A stretch of 64,000 nucleotides of DNA from Ophelia neglecta (Eukaryota): positions 27,528,001-27,592,000 of the forward strand of contig OZ260663.1 of NCBI GenBank assembly GCA_965285935.1, read 5' to 3'. The notes under the pieces are model-generated. The model did not search any database. It saw only the letters and a list, made by a program, of their open reading frames with translations, and was not told where the DNA came from. Positions 50,438 to 60,732 of this stretch are shown piece after piece. How positions within the stretch are numbered: the stretch's first letter is position 1; each line of letters opens with the position of its first letter. The position numbers and the translations under genes are program-made.

Positions 50438-50577
50438 CATCTTCCGCCGGCCCTCTCCCACTGGTGCCTCGCCTGCCCTCTTCCGCCGGCCCTCGTCCTT
50501 CCCCCGCCTGCCCTCGCCCATCTTCCGCCGGCCCTCTCCCACTGGTCTCCCACTAGCCCCTTCTGGATCCGCCTCTG
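50438..50577. repeat. C-rich repeat (TCTTCCGCCGGCCCTC units) ending in CTGGATCCGCCTCTG, a MITE right end related to 2539-2642
   Basis: Four related units; the terminal motif matches the TIR of the element at 2539. Confidence 0.6.
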
Positions 50578-53059
50578 CATGGACACAATGGGAATCGGTG
50601 AGATGGGCAAAACTCCAAGAGCTCTAGTTAAGGAGGCGTAAGCCGCTATCACGCTATCATGGTCACTATATCACCGACGGCGATATGCGAAAGGTCCATG
50701 GGCATGCCTCTAGAAAAAGGACAGTGAGGCGTTCTTCACCGGTTTAACGTTTCTCTGTTAGTTTTTTAAGTGATAATTTGACTAATGGATTTTTAATTTA
50801 CTTGTTTATTGTTCTTCTTTTTCCATTTAATTTTGTCTGCTATATATATTATGTTTAAAAGTTGTAAACATGTTTGTTCATATATTTCATTAACCACTTT
50901 TTTCGACTATCTCTCTTTCCTTTACGTATTTTGCGGCTGCGACAAAACAGGTTTTCATTCAGATTATCAGCAAGTCCTTTAGACCTTTATATAGAAGAAA
51001 AACTTGGTGTTTATGAAGGAAAGCCTAGCATTGTATTGTTTTTAAATGACATGACTACAGTTCACAGCACGCTCGTACTTTAAGCGTGCCGCCAACTGAT
51101 AAGAGATAATCAGAGGGCTATAAAACGTGTACCCGTTCTTACCTATTATATACGTTTAAACATCTCCGTATGCTACACAATGCCAAAAATAATGAACGCG
51201 TTTTTGTTCTGGAAAACACTGCATGTGATAAATCTTCGAATAAACTTTGCGTGTGGGTCTGTGTCTTAATTTAAGCATGTTTGTGAATAGTTACTAGCGA
51301 CTATAGGCTAATAAGTCTATAGGCCTATATATGGCATCAGCAAGAGTTATTAAATACCTCAAATTTAATAAAAAATATGTACTGTACCCTCATTTAGTAT
51401 GGTTAATAGTGATTATAACACTTAGATGTGATCTATGAATTGAGTGTCTGGCACCAACAATGCCTTAGGCCTTTATGGGCCAACCTCACTTTATTGTATA
51501 ATCTATTAGGTAGTTCTATGGGCCTATATTGAAGCTCTACTTCGATCTGGTGTTTTAGAAGTGGTGAGCCAGTGTAGGTGATTGCGGAATGGCCTGTCCG
51601 TCGGGCTCTCCCCGGCCGACACATGGTGAAGGGAGTGAGCCAGATGAAGCTCACATCGATTGCGAAGAGACCGGCTGTATCTCCCTCTGTGTCGGCCAAG
51701 CTCACAGAGTACAGGCAAAGCCAACAATGGCGGAAAGTCGGCCCAATATTCAATACTCGGGGAGCAGGTCGCATAAATATAGGTGATGGTAGCTGTTGAA
51801 CGAGTGGAGAAGACAACATGTGCACAGTGTATTCCCTGTGGCAGGAGCAGAAATTTCTATTTTATGTGCTGACAGCTGTTACGGCAAGCTAGGTTTTATC
51901 AATATGTCTATGTATGCATGGTGGTCGGTGGCTTGATCAGTGAAAACTGGGAGGGTAACATCTTGGTCGGTAATTTAGTGTTGCCTGGATGCACCCAGAG
52001 TTGGATTCAGTCGGAGACGGCGAGCCTGGTGTGTACAGTGTCAATTAGAGCGCCGTGCGGAGACTGCTGCCCCAAGGCCCCTGTCCTGTATCACACGGGT
52101 ACCACCGGATGGCCTTCCCTGCCAACTCCCATTCGGCAATGGCCAACTCGCTCTGCTATTGATTTCTGCCGTCGAGTGGAAACACCTAAAACTTTGACGA
52201 TTAATTGCAGACCGGCTTGAATCCTTTGTATAGGGTCTACTTGGAGAGGTGAGTTAGTGAAATATTAGGAGTTCGGCGCACCGTACCAGGTTTTGTCCGG
52301 CTCCATGCTTGTAAGCAAACGGCTGGCTGTGAATTGATTTGGCTCCAGCCATGTGCGACATAAGTCATCGCATGGACTAAGTGACTCGATAAAGCTGATG
52401 AGTTCATGGAATCAGGCTCCGTGATCATAGAGCAGGGGCCTGGGCCGAGAAGACACGAGAGGGGCAGGGGAGGGGGGAGGGGGAAGGGGCATACAGACCA
52501 GACAGAAGGGGATTGAGTCAGCCCTGAATCACTCTCTTGTCTGTGGCCGAGCAGACGGCATAGAGCCTGACCTTGCCTTCGCTTGACCCCGAGGTTACAT
52601 TACATGTTTAGGGCCCTTGATACCCTTTTGACATTGTTTTGGCTTTCCTGGCATAGGCCTATACATGAGTATATCCTAATATTCTTTCCTGTGCCGCCTT
52701 ACTGTCAGTTGATTTTTAATGAAATGGGAATAGATCGATTGTTGACAATATGTCGGCAGATTTCAGCAAAGAGATGTGTGTTATCATCTGTGCTTTATGC
52801 AGGTCTCCTGGCCGCGGGGAGTGTGTGTTAAAGTTAGTGGTAGCCGATTTTATGTTAAAGTAAATTGGCCCACTAGAGTCATTAATATCAGGGACTTTGC
52901 ATGACAAAACGCCTTTTCGTATAGTATTTGTATGACTTCCGGGTACATGTAGTTTTTAAACTCTTATACTTTAAAAAGCGATCTCCATGGCCTATAACAG
53001 GATGTGGGAACAATGTCTAGAAGCCCATGAGCCCCCCCCCCCCCTCCCTTCCTATTAGA

Positions 53060-53940
53060 GGGGATATTAGACATGTTTTATGAAAGGTTCACACCTGACG
53101 AAATCAAGATATGGAAACTCAACTATGAAAAATCGATAAGATGTAAAGCATAAGGTTTTAGATTTAGTTAAGGACTCTTAACTGTTAAAAGAAAGCCAGA
53201 ATGATTTTATTAACTTGACATTGATTTAGACACAAGGTCAAATCTGAAAACTCAGTAATATTCGAAAAGTGCAGTTTTCTATAGGTTCTATAGGTTCTCA
53301 GTGAGGCATTGGATGCTAAACGTATAGGGTGGATAAGGCATTTTGGTAATTTGACTTAGGAAATGAACACAAAGGTCGAATCTAAGAAAATGCTAACATA
53401 CGAAAAATGTGCATGGTTTCCTATAGGTTTCCACTGCATTTTTGGGCTCTAAGTGCTAAAATAAAGGCTGAATTCTTCATTATTGTAATTTGACCTTGTA
53501 AATGGACACCCTGGTCAAATGGACACCCTGGTCAAGCACGATAACTCGGAAAGATGCAAAAACAATGTTTCTCATAGGCTCTCAATGTACTTCTACTAGC
53601 AGCAGGATTCTAGGTTCTTGCTGCTAAAAAAAAGCTGAAAGCATCGTTATATCAATCTGACCTTGGAAAAATAAGTTAATGTTAACTCTGAAAATGCCAT
53701 CAGAATCGCGATTTATCACATCCTATATGCTCCCAATACATGTTTAAAGCCTAACTGCCCCTACAAAGAAGTTGGATGGGACATAAAACATTGCTATTTT
53801 TTGTTTGCCTTTATTATGGCAACTAAATATATTCAGATTTCCCCCCAAAGTTGATCAGTTCATGTTATAACTATGACACTTACTTCGTGCCAATTTTAGC
53901 CCCGTAGCTCCAAAATTTTCCCCCAATCTGGTTAACGAAT
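53060..53940. mobile_element. AT-rich interspersed element made of degenerate ~130-150-bp internal units
   Basis: Recurring TTGAC(C)TT...AAGGTCAAAT...TTTCCTATAGG modules (about 4-5), plus a hairpin TAGCAGCAGGA..TCTTGCTGCTA at 53597-53626. The family cannot be assigned from sequence alone. Confidence 0.55.
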
Positions 53941-55019
53941 TTTGTCAAGTTATTGCTAAAGAGGAAGTAGGGTGGCGCCACCTATCTCAAACAAATTTAC
54001 CAGACTTATCTACTAAACGTTTTGAATATAGTTACTGTGGTTCTACCTGTTGCCGTGCCACAGCCCAAAAAGGCGACGCAGGTGATGGCCTTGGCTGAGG
54101 CCGGACCCCATTACATATCCCCCCACTTGTTTTCAAAGAGGTGGGGGGAGAAAGGGGGGCAGTACTATCATAGAAAGTGACGTTACCAGAAGGCCTTTGG
54201 GCCTATGTATCAACATGTATAGACCCTTCTAAATATTGAGATCAATCTAGCAAATCCCTGTGGGCTTGCAGATTCTCTTATAAAAACAAAAAATTATATA
54301 ATCGTACTACTTAACCCCTCTTAATTACCTACATAACTATTCGTACATTCCTATTTAATCTCACCCATTCATAGATCGGGGGGGGGGGGGGGGGATAGAT
54401 GGTCTTGTCCGCATAAGTGTGTGTGAGAGAGGGGGGGCTCTCCGAGTGCTGGACATATAGGCCTACATCTTCTGGACAAGCTACGCCTATCAGCAACAAC
54501 GACAAATTAACTCGTAGACAGAGGACAAATTGTCTGCTGTGTATCGTGGGTGCCACCGGCGAGTGGGTAATGCAGGGGGTAATGGAGCTAGTGTGGTAAT
54601 GGAGGATGTAATGGAGCTGTACAAGTTAGGCAGAAAAGGAGCTTGTTACCAGACTAAAAATCAGCCAAGTAAACATCGACTTTATTATTACAATTTCTTA
54701 GGAAAATACATTATGATTATTAAAGGCCTAACAGACCATATAACAGTTTCGTTCAAGTTATTAATATTTCATTGTGTGGCCATTGTGATATTGTTGATGC
54801 ATAGCTCAGTATGAACAAGGTCTGGTAGTTTCACGCTTCGTTTAATTCATCATAGTAAGCCGCCTTATTCCACGCAATAATATACTTACAATACTTGCTC
54901 TGCGCGGAATAAGCTTATATTCTGCGCGGAATTTGACCATTAGCTGTGCGAAATAAAGTTGTGCACGATATTAGCTGACTGTTTCTATTGTATTCTTATA
55001 GGCCGGAACAGTGCATGTA

Positions 55020-55190
55020 CAGTGAAACCTGTCAATTGAGAGCACCCAATGGCCAGAAAATACTGGCCTGATTATGAAGGTGATCTGTTTAGACAGGTTA
55101 TTTTACGTTGATAGTGGCTAGGATAGTCTTCATATAAATGTATGGTCTGAATTCTTACGTGGCCTTAAAACAGAGGTGGCCTTTGACGCT
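55020..55190 (-). mobile_element. Tc1/mariner-type MITE family A, copy 3 (inverted, one end degenerate)
   Basis: TA|CAGTGAAACCTGTCAATTGAGAG...GTTTAGACAGGTTATTTTACGT aligns to the reverse complement of the right half of copy 1 (CGGTGAAACCTGCGAATTGAGAG...GTTTAGACAGGTTGTTTTACGT). Confidence 0.7.
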
Positions 55191-58100
55191 GGGGCGCCTT
55201 GCCAGCGATATACCCGTTTCGAGGTACTTTCACAATCCTTTCCTACATCTCAGACAAACACTTTTAACATTCTTATCCCAGGCACTTCCTGTCCATTCAG
55301 TTTTCTGGTTCCGTGGTGGCCGCGAGCAGCCCAATGCGTCTGCTCGGCTCCATTTCCACAAGTCCCCCGCCCACCGCCTATAGGTACACCGTCTTGCCTC
55401 TGGCGCGAAGGCTTTGTTCCCAACAACCCATTGTATTGTCACGACTCTTATTAAGTTTAATCTGAATATTTCATAAAATTGAAAATATGCTACTAGGTTT
55501 AATGATTGGTATGAAATAGTGTCTGTTTACATGCGATATAAAAGCGTGTGAACGCATGCGTGGATGTCTGTTATGTATATCTATATCTATATACAAGTAC
55601 CGACTGGTACTCGGATACCTTGATATAATATACAGTTAATATGGAGCACATGGTGGACTGATCTGTGAATAACTCAATCTCTGGAATCTCTCCATGCCGA
55701 ATTCCCCGTTTTCCCATTAAGGTAGCATATTAAATCATTTAGGTCCATTTGTGTCAGAGGCGCACGGGTGTAAGCAGACGATCATTGATCAAGCCATGAG
55801 GGTCCATGGGTTAATGGCCAATGTAGTCAGCCATCAATGAAAGTTCACCCGGACATATGTCACACTTGTAACAAGGTACATGTGTAACAGCATTATGCAG
55901 GCAGAGAGACGTGGGTCTATGCCCGTCTCCTACAAAACTTACCAGTCTCGTGTCAGGTGCAGTGAAGCTTGCGGCGGCACGTGTCAGCTGGTGGGGGTTA
56001 GAGCGGTGTGTTGTCGGTGACAAGGGCGGACTGATCACTCACCTACAACACCCGAGTTAACCAGCGCGAGGCCCGATCCAACGGAAATCAATTGGGCCAT
56101 CGAGCTACCAATTCATCTACCGAGATATTGGTTTCGATTGATCGTCTGATGCAACATTGTCATGATATAACGAATCTGCTGGTCGGGTGGGGGGGGGGGG
56201 GGGGGGGGACAGCTTGGACGAAAGGCTAGTGCATAGTGTGGGACTTGTGTACACGAGTGTACATGGCCGGGTCTGCATTCACATATACCTTGTTTTAAAG
56301 CTCACTGAAGGTTTTATTAAATGATTGATATATTATGCTTCTCTTTCTTACACAACTGGGGAACCCTGATAAAATCAAAAAAAGTTATTAGACCTAATAT
56401 ATGTTTCCTTGACTATTTCAGTTGACGCTTTACTGGGCCAGTGTAAAACTAGCTTGTGATATAAATAAATTCCAATTAGGTTGTCTTTATAAATAAGAGG
56501 TTGATTTTTCCGTTTGACTTTTTGTAGATGGTGGCGAGCATAAACCCGGAGACATTGTCTCTAGCCCTTAAAATGGCGTGTTATATTGTAGCAGTCAGTC
56601 ATGTAAGCCTTGGCTTCCAGTCTCACGAAGGTCAGAATTGTTCATTGAAAGCCCCTTGAAGGCCTCCAGGTACACATTGATATAACCCAGCGTTCCGCAG
56701 TACCAGTCGGCTAGTTGGTTAGGCTACAAAGTACCAACTACCGATTAAAATATGAGCCCTACAGCAAAAACCCAGGTTTTAGTCCTGTTTGATGCCTATC
56801 CAGGGTAGTTTGACTATTTCGGTTTAAGACCCACCTTGTGAGAAGGGAGATTGGAGGGACTGTGCATGCAGGGTGAGCACACTGTGCTTCGATCTGATGG
56901 TTAATCAGACATTGATTCGAGACTAAGTAGGTTTTAACTCGTGTCTCAGTGTCTAACTGATGATCCCTGCTAACCAGTGACAGCTAAGTTACATATAAAC
57001 CAATCAGGTTTAGCTTCATCCTGCACCTTCGAGGACAGGTACCTATTTTTCGAAAATGGAGGATGCGTTAGACCATAATGGTTTCAGTGGTGTATGGCTG
57101 ATCCCTTCCGGGGCCCGCACATCTCCAATGAGGAGGGAAAACACCCTACAACCATGCATCAAAACCCCCTGGAGAGCAGCTTTAATAAATAAATGAAAGG
57201 CCTTGACCACCCCCACCACGACCCACCTCCATTCCCCTTCGAAATCCTGGAGTGGTCTCCAATGCAGCTGACACCCCTAGTGCCTCGAGATCTGGGTCAG
57301 GTAACGGGTCAATCTTGTAGACTGACAGAGAGTGCCATAAAATGTCTGCTGCTTCTTTTTATGCTTTAAATACCACTATGATCATAATTTTTGCTTAAAC
57401 TGGGCCAACTCTCAATATGGTGTACACTTGTGACCCTTAAACTGCTATCTTTATTTCAAGAAGGTCATAGGCCTACATGTTTGTCTAATTCTCGCACAGT
57501 TTCTAGCTTAATATGAGGCCCGTCCTATAAGCAAAATTCACTCGGCATTAATTCAGTTTGGTTCAGAGATGAAATGACTATGTAGCTTGATATTATATAG
57601 ATCCCTCAGTCAAATGATCGAACATCAATCACATACTAATCTGTGACGTTAGCAAATGATTATTAAGGAACATTGGATGGAGTATTATGATATTCAATGC
57701 GTAAGCAGACGTATTGGGCGGACAATACATTCGACAAGTGAAAGCTGTGCCCTTTAAATGGCGGTTTATTGCCGTATTTGACCACCAGGTTACCTTTGTG
57801 CGCTGTGAATAGTCAGCTTTAGAAAACCAAGTCAGCGAATATACCAGTGCAATATTCATCACAATTACTGGCAAGCCTTTTCTTGGCAAGCTCACAGAAC
57901 AATATCTGCAATATATATGGCCAGAGGAATGTAATGTGATATCCAGTAAGGCGATGCTACCCAACCCGCTGTGTGTTCACTTCTCTGGTACTCTCCCATG
58001 TCCGCGAGACACCGGAAGACAGAGAGAAGCTCCAGTGACAAATAGAGCTGTGAGTGATGCACGATACACTGTCCAAGCAAAAAAATGATACTAATGTTTT

Positions 58101-59861
58101 TTAGATGAAAAGTGAATTCGTGACATTATGCGGTATTATTCCTAACCAGATTACAATAACTTTCAATGATTTAAGATTCAGTTACATGATAATTCAGGGT
58201 CTGTCTCATTCCGTTTTGATTTAGACTGTTACCCCTGCCCTCTTTCTGTAGTATTCTGGCACTCCTTGGCTATATTAACTTGCGGACTATAATAGCCTTG
58301 TTCACTTACTGTAGAGAGAAAGCAATCTGCCTAGCAATGGCTTATTAAACTGCTTTTCTACGTTTAGTTAAGGCGAATTGCTTTTCGCCTCTTATGATTC
58401 TCAATATGAAGCAATTACGTTCGGAATGTCAGTGCTTGCGGTCGCTAATCAGGGCGGGCAGGGGACTCCACGTCTCTGTGCTCGCTGCCTATCACCAAGG
58501 CTCGGCCGGCACCTCCCCGGCCGGCACACCTGTCTACGAGCTAGTGGTAGGAAACCCACAAATGGTATGGACGGATGTTATGAATTCAAATGGCATCCCC
58601 AGCTCTTAATACCAACCATCTTTGACTTTGCGCCCACTACATAGCGGAAACACTGCCGTGTCATTGTAGGCAAGCTCGTGTTCAGACGAGGCGCGGGGAA
58701 TTGGCCACCAAACAGCTAAACACTTACTAAATAGATGGATTACAAAGCCATAGAGAGTGGAGGTTATCTGTGTGGACTACCGTGTCAAGTCAATCTCTAA
58801 TTACAATAACACGACAGTAGTGTCCAATAATACCTGGCCTCATATTAACATTTAAATGATGCCCTGATGAAGCATCGCCCTGATTGGCGGGGTGTCTACT
58901 TCAAGGTGGGGTCTTTATTTAATTTTACCGTAACCAGTCACCTTAAATTTATTGCATACAGTTATCAGGGATTACGGCTGCATATTTTGAAACCGTTTTG
59001 GCAATTTAGATATGGGATTTTTTAGATAGAATAGACCCTTCGATGTACAAGGGGATGCCACTGTGTGGACAGTCCGCCCACAGTCCACTGGGTGGCTGCC
59101 ATACCTGTATCTCCCGCGTAGCACACCACCTCGATGGCATATTGGTTACAGAGCAATCGAAAATGCAAATTCCACCTCGCCAATGCAATTATGATTTAGG
59201 GGGACAGGCCGGCTTTATCTTTATGAGATTAGACATGCACCAGGTAAACCACCGGCCCGGTCCCGCTCCTTCTGTGTTCTAACCGGTAAAAAATAACCCA
59301 GAAGGGGCTGTCGGCAGATCACCATAAAGGAGAGCTCTTTAAGAGTTGATAGATGCGTTCTCCGTCTAAGGCCCCGGGGAAATCAATCGGAATTGGAAGA
59401 TTGTCTGTGTAAAGTCGACAGAATAGAATCGGGTGTCAAACATGCTACAACTGGGTTTCGTCGTGTTTACAACAATTGCGCGACTGAAAAACCAGCTCAG
59501 CGCAGCCCTTGTGAAAATCATGGTTTGGTTTTGTTTCTATTGGATGTATAGCGGGTTATCGACTAGGTCACATAAAAAGTTCAGATTTCAAATTGCCATT
59601 GGTGGTAGAGATGAAAGCCAGGTATAGCGGCGGTGCGTGTTAAGAACATGGAGTGTGTCGGTAGCGGTATCGATGAGCGGTGCCATTGTGGTGCTCGGTG
59701 CGGGCCCCGGACTTGAGATTTCCAATATCCAATCCGTCTGCTCGGCCACCGCGGTCCCAGACGATATTCGTCCCGGCCCGCCGTCTCGCAGGCTAATAAC
59801 GCGTTCTCAGGTAGATCGGCTCGCAGCGGCATATTAATTCGGGTTTCTTGTGTATCCACAG

Positions 59862-59976
59862 GAGAGTATGTCCAGCAGAGGGAGCCATACTGCCAGTGTC
59901 GACCACAGTCCGTCCCCTATCAACCTCGCAGCCGACCACAATATCAGTCCCAAGCTAGACGACGGGCCAGTCCAAG
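59862..59976 (+). CDS. NOL4: NOL4-family coding exon 4 (38 codons + 1 nt, phase 0/1)
   Basis: Acceptor tttcttgtgtatccacag|GAG and donor CAAG|GTAAGA. Open in phase 0, continuing exon 3: ESMSSRGSHTASVDHSPSPINLAADHNISPKLDDGPVQ. The Ser-rich SPxNL character fits the low-complexity NOL4 linker, but homology is weaker than for exons 1-3. Confidence 0.75.
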
Positions 59977-60618
59977 GTAAGAACATTTGGTTATCGCTCG
60001 TACTAATTTGGCTCGCGATCTATAGCCTCAAGGTGTGTTGTCGTGTTCTGTGCACCCACTGGAGGGATTTGCATATTGGCTTTGGCGTAGTTTCATAAAT
60101 CAGGCCCTATCTTTTATGGATTTTCTCTCTCACGGGCCGCCAGGCAGGATACGCATTAAGGGCGATTATGTGGGAGCTATGTGATTGAGGTGTGCGCCTG
60201 GCCCTTGGAGCATGACAGGTGTGCGGGAGACAGGTGCCAACTGCCGGGCGCCAGCACCGCCACAAAAGCTTCCTTCCCCGTGTAGACAAAGGCCAGGCTC
60301 CCCCCTCTAATACCCAGTGGTGCTTGCCTGCTGCACTGCACAATGGGAGCTCCCCTGTAAAATACGGGTTGGCCTCTCCGCTGTGGCTGTGACCGCTGCG
60401 TGTGGTGTGTGCCGCCCCTATTGGCTGGCGGTAACCGGAGAGACAAAGACAGGGAGAACGCCGGAGGACTGTCACCGCTCCTTACCACCGAGTACTGTGT
60501 GTGTCATCCGTGGGTCGCTCACATTCACCCATCTGACTCACAGGGAGGCACATTCACCCAACACTGCCGCTATAGACAAATACTGCCTCGGTCAACCTGT
60601 TCTGTCTTGTAACCATAG

Positions 60619-60732
60619 CAAAACTTAGCGGCACAATACATCGCAAGAGCCAGTCTGCACCCAGCCAGAATCGCCAAGCTGCTACCGAACACGGAGAGCG
60701 AGGAGATATGAAATTTCAGCAGGCGCTTAAAG
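60619..60732 (+). CDS. NOL4: Candidate NOL4 exon 5 or cassette exon (114 nt, phase 1/1); alternatively an alternative first exon with ATG at 60708
   Basis: Acceptor cctgttctgtcttgtaaccatag| and strong donor AAG|GTAAGA. The length is a multiple of 3 and the frame is open in the phase required after exon 4: (A)KLSGTIHRKSQSAPSQNRQAATEHGERGDMKFQQALK. No recognisable homology. Confidence 0.45.

Larger units (their letters stand above)
41622..59861 (+). other. NOL4 intron 3 (about 18,240 nt including an N gap, GT-AG, phase 0)
   Basis: Bounded by the exon 3 donor and the putative exon 4 acceptor. Confidence 0.7.
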
